Assembly (NCBI RefSeq): GCF_963853765.1
Contig: NC_088859.1
Coordinates: 51,522,001 to 51,586,000, forward strand
Reading direction: 5' to 3'
Source of the DNA: Magallana gigas
Taxonomy: Eukaryota
Length of the DNA stretch: 64,000 bases
This document shows positions 26,727-38,401 of the stretch, piece by piece (position 1 is the first letter of the stretch; each line of letters opens with the position of its first letter). The notes under the pieces were generated by a model. That model was not told the origin of the DNA. It did not search any database and was given only the letters and a program-made list of their open reading frames with translations. Position numbers and translations under genes: made by a program.

Positions 26727-29700
26727 TCAAGAGTTGCGGGACTTGACGGTGTAAGTTCTGTTGATGGTATCCTGGGTGTTGTATCTAGGGAGTTTGTCCG
26801 GTAGCTGGGGTAAATGTGACCTACTGGTCCGGGCCGACGCCGGACCCCGTGAGATTGTTTGTTCTACATTTCGGACATCTTCGGTCACTTTCATCCACTC
26901 GTCCATTGGACGACTAGCGCCCCCTGTCTGTTCTACTTCGTGTATCATTCCCGACGCCTTGGTAAAAAAGTAAAAAACCAATAAAAAACTTAAATATAAA
27001 ACCGAAAAAACAGTAACACTAGAAAAATGCACTTGTATCGTCTCTTCGTTCACTATTCAGGGCATTGTTGCGCCCGATTTTCTTTTTAAAACATTCAATT
27101 AATGCATCTATAAAAGATCTTTAAAATTTGCAGACTGAATTACCCAGTTGTAAAAAGCTGCCGCGCCATTGCTAACATCCCGAATTTCCTCCAGCGTGAA
27201 AGGAGAAATGATTCTCTTGGCCTCTAGAGCCACATCCAGGAAGCAATACTTAGGGTCAAACATGGAAACCTTCCGCATAATAGACTCTTTTCCTGATCTT
27301 GAGAGAATCGTCTGACATGTCTTCCAATCCTAAATTTCAGATTCATGATAAAGTCAATGCTACTTGTATGATGAAAAAGTGCATCCAATCATCGACAAAA
27401 GAGAATACATGAGATTGTGTACAAATACCTTAACGTCCTTTCTAGGATATTCTAACAGAACCAAGACGGCCATGATTGATTGACGAACGCCCTCTGGCGG
27501 ATGTGTGTAGGTTCTCAGCTCGGCTGCAGTTGATTGGTCCATGACGAGGATATTGTGACGTAACTTTTCTATCCTGGCAAGTTTGTCACGCAGGCGCTCA
27601 GCTGTCACGATCTGAAGGTTAAGAATTCCGTCATAATTTGCCTCTTTAGCCTCACGAATGGCACGTTTCAGTTTTTCAAGATGGCGAGTTCGGGAAGCGG
27701 CTGCAAGTTCTAAGAATAGAAAATTAAAACATAGCAAATGATGTCGTACAGTAGTGTAGAGCAAATTAAAGAAAATAAAGATATTGTTTATCATTAAAAG
27801 AGTCCTTACGGTCTTTAGCGTTGAGAAGGTGCAACAGTTTCCTGGCGGATGTCAGCGTCGGGTCATTCTCGGCCGGCTTTGTTTCTTCGTAAGCAATGAC
27901 AAGCTGCTCTAATGCATCTCGATCCCCCAGTTCCATGGCGCGGCGTTTCAACATCAAAATGTGACGTCGTTTTCTCACCATGTCTAAAGTAGCTCCAGTT
28001 TTCTTTCTGTCCATTGTTTCCGATTTTGTTTCTGATTTGTCTTCATCCTCCTCTACCTCTTCCTTGATTCGGTCCATTATCACCATTGGGTCGTCTTGCA
28101 TGAGCTCTGTTGTTGTTTTACGGTTGAGTTGGTAACGGGCTATACAATTTAAGAGTCCGAACTCGTCCTTGTCGTAAAGGTTCATCATGTACTCGCCGTA
28201 ATCGTTGAGCTCCGCCAGGAACAGCTTGTCGCTGTCGTGATCGATGATCTCAATCTGAGAACTGTCCGGGGGATCGTTTGCGTGGAGACGCTGAAGACAG
28301 CAGACGACATCCAGGTAACCACGTGGTATGGGAACCAAAGCCTCGTTATCGGCTGTTTGAATGGTCTCTGTTAAAACTCTGGTCGGTTTAAACTCTTCCT
28401 TGGTGTCTCTATAAGCGTGTCCGTCTGAGAAAACGAGATATGAATGGACATTGTACACTCGACTGCGTTTTGGATTTTCCCGCGCAAAAACGTTTATGGA
28501 GTATTCTCCCTTGACAGGTAAGTCTATGTCAAACGCCCATCTATCTTCGATGGTCTGACGGTAGGACTTCAGGTACTTCATCGCCTCGGGGTCTGTCGTA
28601 TGAATCTCAACCATTAGTTCTACATAACTCATTGCTGCAAATTCCAGACGAATTCGACCATCTTTCGTTTTAAACCGACCCTTTTGGATTCTTGCATTGA
28701 CTCCAATGTTTTCAGCTATGGCCTTTTTCCCAAGCATGCCATCGGGGACGTTGGGGAAAGGTTTATTCTGAATATCATCATTTGAGCAGCTAATGAGGTA
28801 GTTTAATATATTATCCGCATCACCTGGGAGTCCTTCTTCATTAGCGTATATCTTCAGAGCATACTCCCCACCTTGTGGAAGTCTGATGTGGATGAAATGT
28901 TCTCCATTTTCCTCCCGTACAAGAATATATTTACTGAGTGTGGCTTCATCTAAAGTGATACTCTTTAGAAGCTGATGTATCTCCATTTTTTTGTTGGTTC
29001 CTAGTTTAATGTCAATTTTGCCGTCTTCAGTCACAATTACGGCACTATTATGGCTTATTGGCACTACCCCCGAATCCTTCGTCTCCTGAACTGGCCCCCA
29101 ACCAATGGCCGGCTGGTCAGGCAAGGGGAGGCAATCCTTCTTTGGGACCGTGCAGTGAATCATATGAGAACATATCAGATCGAATGATTCGTGTATCTTT
29201 TCATCCTTTCCATAAACATCTAATTTAAATTTACCTGACAATGGGAATCTCATTGACAGCCTCAACAGACCGTTTGTTTGTTCAAGCAGAACAAACCGAT
29301 CCAATCTTAGATGATGTCGGAACTCTTCGTCCGATTTATTTCTGTACATTGCGTACCGGAACTGTAGGTCTTCCGTCTTTTCCTCTGGAAACCCAAACCG
29401 TAACTCGAGTTCCCCTTCTTCCGGTATAATAATCTCTTTGAACTGGAACTCGTCAAACAAGTTGATGTTCATGGAGTAAAAGCGTTCCCGGAGATAGACG
29501 TGCTCCTCAAACTCCGTGACCGAGATCGTGCTCTCCAGACACTGCCACTCATCCTCGTCAGGGTAGTGGGTCCAGATGAACTTTTGAGGGTCCGTCAGGA
29601 AATAGAACTCATTGACCTCGTTTTCGACATGCTGGTAGGCACCATCATCATCTTCATCTTCATCAACGTAGTTTCCGTCAGCGTCCACTAATTTCCACTC

Positions 29701-31485
29701 CTTGGACTTCTTTCCAACGACGCATGCTGACGCCCAGAATGCGTCAATAAAGCGCCACTCTCCCTTTAGAAAGACGGCGTTCCACTGAGCTCCCATGTTC
29801 TCCCGGTTCACTTTGCCTCCGACTTCATAGGCGGCGCTTTTAGTCATTCCATTAATAATAACACAAGGGACGCCTAGCATGCTGTAATAAACGAATATAA
29901 AGGAAATGGGAAACTTTATGACATAGATATTGATGTTAATTTTTAAAATTCAAAAGTAAACTGCCATATATTTACAATGCCAAAGCGTAAGTGCATTTAC
30001 ATGTTATTCAAATCTAAAACTTGCAGCAGGTTACTGGATATGAAATCATCCTGAAAATCGGCTGACCCATAAACTTAAAAGTACAGTTTAGTTTTTAAAT
30101 AGTCGATATCACATGTTATGAATGTAAAAATAAAGACGATTCGTCAATTAATATTACTTCATAGTTTTACCACCAACAAACGATGCTCACTTGCAGAGAC
30201 CCCATATTAGGTGCGCGTATCCACCCTGGCTGGTCTGCATTTTGATGAAAAACTCGAGGGGGGAATTTGGGGGTGGCTCATCAGCGGCCTTCAAGTTATA
30301 GATATCTTGATGCACGACCCACAGAAAAATGGCGCGAGTCAGTGCCATATCGTTCCAGTAGTCACGGAATTTAAAAAAGTTGATGACGTCATCAAAGGTT
30401 CCAACCAGCAGCTTGGATGGTGCCTGTGTGATAAAAACGGCATAAATAGTAAAATATCGTGATTGATTATTTTTTTATATGAATTGAATTAAAAGGTAGC
30501 ATATAATGAAATTTTAATTAAAATTCCTTGATAGGCTTCCATATCAAGGAACATGAAAGTAACATATAACAAAATTATTGCAGGGTTCCTGAACCAGTCA
30601 ACCAAGTGAATCAATTTGAACCAAGTTTAAAACTCTAATGAGCGGTCCAAATTAAAGGGCTGAATGACCATTAAAATTTTTAAACTATATTGATCTTTGG
30701 AGCACATCTCTGTATAATAATACATGTACAGGAAATCATCAAATTTCTTTGCTAAAATTTATGAGTTTTTAAGTACTAAATAATAGAAAACTGTTGATAT
30801 TTTTTAAAATCATATTTGAAATTTATAATAGGATTTGTTGATCACCAAGCTTCCTCAAGTCTTAATCACTGTTAAACCGATGTTAAGAATCTGATGAAAC
30901 AATAGAGGTTACCTGTAGAATGTAACTATCGATGTCCTTGTACATCGGCATCTTGAAGAACTCGTCTTTGGTCGTGATGAGGCTGCTGGGTCGGGGCAAG
31001 TCCTGCTTCTGCTCGGGGATCTCCCCATTGAGCGTCGGGATGTGTTGCTTTAAAAACAAAACACATAAAAGGATACAATGTACATATAAAACCCAACCAG
31101 TGCTCTATATTGTGACGTACTTTCTTTGAACTTTGCCATCCATAAACTTATTACTTTGTATATTCTCTTTTCACCATTCTGTTGTCTAACAGGTTTAACC
31201 GTCACTGAAGTTCGCCACAACTAGGACAAACATTTTTCCCTTTTTCAGAGTTTTTTGAAAAGTACATTTGGTCAAATACTTAAGAATTTGAAAATTTAAA
31301 ATCTGTGATTGCATTTTGATTATAATATTTCATTCATACTGATGGATTAAAAACAACAAAAAGATTGAGAGGCTCGGGGTTATTTGACGGACAAAGAGCG
31401 TGTTATATAGCCCTGTATGATGGCTGGCGGTTACCTTGTCAAACTCGCTGATGGCGTGCAGATTCTTACTCTGGTTTATCCCCAT
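26727..31485 (-). CDS. KY/hillarin-like transglutaminase-like protein with C-terminal dynein-MTBD-like domain, paralog D (~1062 aa)
   Basis: Exons 31435-31485 (MGINQSKNLHAISEFDK), 30913-31047, 30191-30423, 27810-29881, 27429-27709, 27144-27329, 26727-26957. GT-AG, total 3189 nt. Motifs: RAIFLWVV, SQGGYAHLIWGLC, AQWNAVFLKGEWRFIDAFWA, ELRTYTHPPEGVRQSIMAVLVLL, DWKT, DVSNGAAAFYNW. Confidence 0.9.
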
Positions 31486-32385
31486 TCTGTCAGGATAGTG
31501 AACAGAAAAATATCACAGAAAATTTCACTCAATATCCGCCATTTTTGTTCGGTCTGCGTGTATTGGTATCTAATGAAATCGGATTAGTGGGATTATGACC
31601 GGATCAAAACGAACTGATTTACATGTTGTTAGAGCCCCGAAATAAAGGCTTGCCTGCTTGTTTAACTATGTTTTAATCCTCGGTTATTGAGAAAAATACA
31701 GCATGTTTACTTCCTTAACGCTATGTTTGGATCTATTTGCATTGCTTGTGGCTTAGACATTTTGTAAAGCATATTATTTGGACGCGTTAAATTATTGTTA
31801 CTTTCCCTTCAATGACGGCAAATTAACAATTAACGGTGTCATTACAACACATGTATATCTATACATTATTTCTTTACCGGAAAAAAGCGCACCGAAAAAA
31901 GTGATGGATATTAGAATGAACTAAAGCAGGATTCTTTCCTTAAAAAAATCATTTAAATTCTAATGTAATTTCAAAACATGTTTGCGGTATCAATTATTGA
32001 TATTGTTTTTAATGATAATCATTGTTTATTGCTTGATCAAACATTAACCTTTTCAAGTAGTTGTTTATGAAATCAACTGGATTTTTTAATACATTTTATT
32101 CAAAACATAGCAATTGAATCTAGAATTCTTATTTCACACTAAAGAAAAATAACAAATGATTGTTGCATGTTTTACTGAACAAGACAGAAACCCTTAAACT
32201 GAGGTCACTTTTGTATCATTTGCTTCGTATTATGTTTTCCTTTACTTAGAATAATTATCTAAAGATACCACAAGTCGTCCTCCAAAACTGTACTGTGGAT
32301 AAAAACTTTTATTGTTTAAGTCGTTGAAATTCAGTAATAGAAGAAGAGAAAATAAAGTTCTTGTGTTAACATGATTAGTCGTAGT

Positions 32386-33423
32386 TCATACGGTCGACGT
32401 CACCGTCACTTGTCGTCTGCGCAAAATGGCTGATCGTCTGCAGGAAAGAATCTGCTTAAGTTCCACCGAAAACAGGTCGTCCATGAACGCATAAACGATT
32501 GGATTGGCAATGTTATTGACAACAAAAAACATGTCGACAAATCGGAGTCCAAGCAGCATTCCAGAAGACTGCGTGTCCCAGAACCGGTCGGAGGTAGTTT
32601 CAAACAAAAACAAGATCGTCTTTGGCACAAATCAAACGAAAAAGATGGCGGTTATCAACATAAACATCAGCGTCACTTTATAAACTTTTAATCGGTGTTC
32701 TTTTAATTTACTGCTACTTGCTGTTGTGTTTTTAGTTGATTTTGTGTAGCGGAAATAAATCTGTTTACCCACTTTCACATAGAGAACTAGTAACAGACAA
32801 ACAATTACTGCACCCATCGACGTCAAGATGGCGCTGTAAATAAGAGAAAATGTCTTCCAGTCGGCAGAAGTTAGTCTACGACAGGCATTTCCTGTGATGT
32901 TTACTTTCTCTATTTCAACCAAATCTAACCCGTAAGTAAAATAAGACGGAACAGAGACGATGAGAGATCAAAGGAAAGTCAGGAAAACTAAGAGACGTTT
33001 CCAAGGAAGCGACATCTGGCGGCCGAGAGGTTTACAGATCTTCAGGTAGCGCTGGACGGCAATCACCGGTAACAGTAATACAGACATGACAGTTGTCAGA
33101 TACCCAAGGAACCAGCTGTATTTACACAACGTCTTGTCATTGTAATTCACAGGGAATAGATTGAAGGACAAGTTAAATCCAGCGGAGAAACTGACGGAGA
33201 AGGCGTCCACCAGTGCTAGGTATGGGACAAAATATCGACCCTCGCCCTCCCCGCCCAGTCGGACAGTGTACACAAACACGACAATAGCGTTACCAAGGAC
33301 TCCAATGAAGATACAGAGCGCCAAGAAGACGGTGTTTGGGAGGAGGACCCTAGAGATCTCCTTGCTTATCTCTGCGAGGCGTACCTCCGCTGAAAGATTA
33401 CCGGAAGTGTCCACGATGTCCAT
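32386..33423 (-). pseudogene. Class A GPCR pseudogene (near-identical paralog of 38402-39439) with two in-frame TGA codons
   Basis: Same 1038-nt length and frame as the intact copy. TGA at 32968-32970 replaces GGA (Gly, TM4) and TGA at 32632-32634 replaces TGT (Cys, TM6). No frameshift. The ORF track splits it into 32968-33423, 32632-32922 and 32386-32628. Confidence 0.85.
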
Positions 33424-36400
33424 CTAGCGCCTCATGTCTGGCTATCAATCTGCCTGAGGAACAAGAAAGAACACTACAGAAGTAGTGGCTTTTATTGATG
33501 CCGGCAAGCATCGATTGTATTAACCGAATGACTTTCATTTCATAATTGTTTTTATTTTATTCAGGTATATCACAGAATACCATCATATACACATATGATG
33601 GTATATAACAGAGAGAAAAAGAGACATTATCTCAGCACTATGCAACTTCATAAGGAGTTTTTATTAATGTGGTAATTAATGCATTACTGATACTTTCAAT
33701 ATCAAACTATTTTAATTTTTTCCTTATTGTTAAGTTAGACCTTAAAATTTTATCAGGATTAATGATTATTTTTTCCTGATAACCCTAGTTTTTACGGCAT
33801 TGAACAAACCATGATGGTTATATTTTTGTGTAATAAAGCCCATCAGTCAATGTATATTTACATTCTGTTCTTAATTAAAATTGATAGAGCATGATGTAAT
33901 ATATGTTCAAATGGGATTTTCTTTTTTTCCTTGCTCTTATTACACGAGTTATTGTTTCTGTTAATAGTATTTAACAAATAGTCATATTTGTGTTCCTTTA
34001 TTTTTAACATTTCATGATTTAATTAATATAACTAGACCGTTCATTCATTCATTCATTCATTCATTCATACAAGCCTCGACAATATTTAAATCAATTCAAC
34101 TCGTTGGATAAAGTAAATATTAAATCACACAACTATAGATGTTCTATTTATCTCATATAGTTTGATTTATATTATGAAGCTTTTAAGACAGTCCCTTATG
34201 TGACTCGAATTGAAGTTATCAAAGAGCAAACGATAATGCAACGTTGTGTTATGCGGTTATTGTGACCTTGCGCAACACAATTTAGTACGTCATTTCAGAG
34301 ATAAATCTAACCGTTTTTATGTAAAGTTTCTTTGAAATAAATCTTGAAATAAATTTTTTAGCTATAGATACTTTTTCTTAGAGCTTAGTCAATTGATTAG
34401 ATAGAAATACTGATCGGAAGCTTGAATAAATAAGTTTGTTGACATACACAAAGTTGCGAATGCTCGTTTGTGCGAGGAACAGTTATTGTTTTTTATTAAA
34501 GCTTACTGGTGGTGAAAAAAGTGTTGTGAGTTTCGGTAATTTCGGTAAGCTCTGGTATAGAATCACAAATAAAGCGTTCTGTTTTCATCGCGTCGTCAGG
34601 ATGAACTCATTGATAGCTAACATTATTTGCAGTTTTATAAACTACACAGTTATGTGTTTTATTTCATATTTATAATTTAAATCTTCGACAAAATTCATTT
34701 TATATCAATTTTTGCTTGTAGAAATAGTAGATGTTAAATATACTTGAAAATTTTCAAAATCACTCAAGCGTGAAGCGAGGGGCTGTGTCAAAAACAGTTC
34801 GGACCGGAAGTATCTGATAAAACATCACCCGTTTGATAAAGCTAAGGTTTATTACACGGGTAGTATAAATCACACGTATGAGATAAAAAAAAAATATATA
34901 CCCGGTTTAAAAGTCATTGTGGACACGGCATATGTGAGAATTTAATCTTCGAAACAATGATCCTTTACAGGAATGAAGTAAAATAACACATTTCTTTTTT
35001 TAAAGGATTTTTTGTTAATGTTTTCTTTAGAATAAAAAAAAAAGATGCATAAAACAACCTTTGAAATCGCATCACGCGAGACGTTTGGTATTTGTTCATT
35101 TGTCCCTGGTTGTAAATAAACGCATATAAAGTACATGTATCCTAGCTGCAAGTCTGTAGCTCCCTGAGCCTGAAAAATTCGGATGGACGACCGGGGAGCT
35201 ATAGTGCCACCCATTGAAAATATTGTATATTTATTGCGCACAAAAACTTGCGCTAATTTTGGACTGATTAACCTTACCTACACGCAAACTCTGTGAAAAC
35301 AATAAGTACCATTAAATTCTTCTGATATTGTCTCTTTACTTGTTTCTAAATGTCTTCGTAGCACGCCACCGACTTCGGAAAATCAAGTATGTAAAATTTA
35401 CTTCGAGATCAAGAGTCGCCATTTTTACATGTAAACAAACTGCACCACTTCACTTTGCGGGGCTTGTGATGGTGTTTTAAGACTATCAGAGGCAAGTAAA
35501 GAGACTAATATGCTTATGCGCATTCTTGTAATGAGTTGCTTTAAATGGAGATGTTATGCTTGATTTGGGTATTAAAGATATATCACTTAGTTTTATATCA
35601 TACTTACTTATATCTTAAACAGTAATGTAAGTGTGAGGAATGTTTCCAAATATACCTATTGCAACAATTTTACTTCAACTACACATCGTACCACTGTTAA
35701 TACTATCATAATTATTTAAACATAGAGTCATGGTGACGCACAAACCCATGATTTACAAAATACGGAATTTTTACACGATTTCAACATTTTATATATGTTA
35801 TGAAAAGATAAACTTTTAAAAAATTACATAGTTCAAAAAATAAATCAAATTAAAAAGAGAAAATTAGAATTAAGCGTTGGGCCAACACATAAATATTGAG
35901 TTTCCAGCAGTCTTTTATTGAGACATAATGTCTTCAAAAAGTATTATATGTGTTAAGATGAACTCTCTATAGATACATATTTTTTACCACAGACATCGAA
36001 TAGCTCCAAATTCAAATTCCTCTCAGAGTACCAATCCAACTGTATTTATTTTTAAACAGCAATTACAGTCTTAATGTTTGAATGACATGTAAAATGATGT
36101 GATATGTAGTATTGTTTGGAATCTAAAACTTTATATTCTTACATAATGTGTACTGCAGTAGTGTTGAGTATGAAATGCTTAATACGCAATACATGCGATC
36201 TACCTGAAAAAAGTATAGCCGGCATGATATCTAAGTGTAGTTTTCAAAATGCTACTACGCAAACATAAATAAGCTTTCAAAAACGATGGTATGTTTATAT
36301 TTGGTGTAAATCTCAAGGCATGGAGAAGAACCAGTGATCGAATTTAACTGAAAATGCTTGGTATATATTCGTGGAATATGTATAGCAATAAACATCTTTC

Positions 36401-36622
36401 AAAGACAACTTCCAAAGTTAACTTAAATGGATAAAAGTCAAACATTAACAATCAGTCTGATGATAAACGCCTGCTATAAGTGACTGAAATGCTTACATTT
36501 TTATCTAAAAGTGCAGACTGTAAAGTCGAGATACCCCACGAAAGTATAGCCGATTATCCTTAAAAACCCGCATTTTTGATTAGCGCTTTCCATACATTGG
36601 TTCTCATTCAGTATAATAAAAA

Positions 36623-36902
36623 AAATAGTGCCCGTTTAGGATAAAAAACGGCAATCGGTTTTTAGAACGCAGTTCGCAATTGAATAGTGAACTAGTTCGC
36701 AATTAAAAATTTAGAATTCACATTTGGGGCCCGAAATCAGGGGCATCTACTAGTGGTATTTCACTACCACTGTGAAAATATGGTGATGGAGTTATATCTA
36801 GTTTTTTAAGAATCGGGCTTAAATGCAATGCTTCGCGTCGGTTGACAATAGTTTTCTCGGGGTGTCAATTTCAACTCTTACCCTCCTAAACGGGCACTAT
36901 TT
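36623..36902. mobile_element. 280-bp element with perfect 19-bp terminal inverted repeats
   Basis: aaatagtgcccgtttagga (36623-36641) / tcctaaacgggcactattt (36884-36902). No ORF. Confidence 0.65.
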
Positions 36903-37949
36903 ATATGTTGTTAAATAGGCCACATATAACTCTAATAATTGCTATACGCATGAATAAGTAGACATACGACTGTGTAAGCTTGTGGTTATAATGTCTAATT
37001 GAAGGATCAACGATTTGTGGTCATATACAAGTGACGAAATGAAATTTTTTTTATGTATACCTAACTTTGAATTATTTTCTATCTTGAAATTAAACTGTCA
37101 GGTCGAAACGGAATTTCAATCCTGGTTTTCCGCAGCTCTTCCCAATATTTAGAATAGATGAATGAGTATAAATTATGTTGATTAAAGAAAAAAATCTATT
37201 TCCTCCACAAAGGGGAAACATATCAAATTCCTTGATGTAAAAAATTGGCTCCATCACTACAAGGATATGTGCTAAAAAATGCACGTGCCTTTACCGGGAA
37301 TATGAGACAGACTTACATAATGAGGTAATCAATGTCAGGTTAATGTGTCTTTTAATAATGTAACAGGTTAATTCCTTTTTTATTCCAGATGTTTTATTGG
37401 TTATCGTATTAAAAATTCAGACAACAATTTTTTCCGACTTCAAGGAAGGCGCTATTACATTTGTATCTCTCGACCCCAGCCCATCCTTAAAGTAGGCATC
37501 ATAAAGTGTTGATCAGTCACTGTGTTTAAAGAAATCAAAATATCATAGCTTAAAAAAATGAGTGAATATGTTCGAAAAATCCGCCCAGTCTGCTTTATCT
37601 GATTGTATTGCAGCACTAGTAGCTGATAACTGAGTAGGGTAGGGCAATACTAAATCATGTTTATACAAGTATTAAATATATCTTACTTTTCCAACGACCA
37701 AAATGCTACATGTATCAACAAATTTTAAACTGTGAGGTTTATTGGTGTTACAGTTCAATTCATTAATATACATGTATTCCTCATACAATATTATGCATTT
37801 ATTAAATGACATTCTGCGACAGAATTCACAAAAAGTTTTAAGAACAGGCAATAGAGCTTAGGACCTAAGGACCTCAGACAGACCCCTGTCCAGGATCTCC
37901 GAATTTTAGATGACAATCACATTTATATCGACAGGTGTCCCATACTTCA

Positions 37950-38254
37950 GGTGGTATGGGACACCTGTCGATATAAATGTGAATAAAAGTACAATATAAT
38001 CGAAATACTTTCACCGGTTTACAAAATTTGATCAAAAATTAAGATTTAAAATATTTTGAAAAGTTAAAAATTATAAAAGCCCCGGTGGGATTCGAACTCA
38101 TGGGTTACAGATCCGTAGGCAACCCTCTAACTCATTGCGCTACGCTGTTAGCTAACTGATATAGAAAAAAGAATAAGAAATTGAAAATAATAATTGGTTT
38201 CATTGTTTATTTCGATAGAAAGTAAGTCACAATATGGAGGTGTCACATACCACC
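37950..38254. mobile_element. TTAA-type MITE carrying a tRNA-derived segment
   Basis: Ends ggtggtatgggacacct / aggtgtcacataccacc followed by ttaa. Internal minus-strand tRNA-like segment at 38079-38147. The left end is embedded in a perfect 29-bp-arm palindrome at 37917-37982. Confidence 0.7.
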
Positions 38255-38401
38255 TTAAGTTAATAACCAAGAATAATCACTAAATGAACTTAAAACAACT
38301 GTATTGTACAAAATGAAATATAAATAAAAACGTTTTAAGTCTTCTTAATATCAGTCCAAAGAAAGAAAACGGGTTGATAAGATTCTTGAATTGATAACAG
38401 T

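Noticed and set aside
10464-31485. A dynein heavy chain gene suggested by the MTBD-like exons
   Set aside because: No AAA+/Walker motifs or long stalk coiled coils. The MTBD-like exons splice in frame to KY-like exons of ~1060-1290-aa proteins.
8400-31700. RFX X-box motifs upstream of the KY-like genes (would support a ciliary role)
   Set aside because: Only partial half-sites were seen (e.g. gtttcgggatac ~8736), with no convincing full X-box.
31900-32385. SECIS element downstream of the TGA-containing GPCR
   Set aside because: No convincing RUGA/AA/GA stem-loop by eye. A dedicated SECIS search is needed to exclude it fully.
38079-38147. Functional tRNA-Arg gene
   Set aside because: The acceptor stem does not pair and the segment sits inside a TIR element. 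Treated as tRNA-derived.
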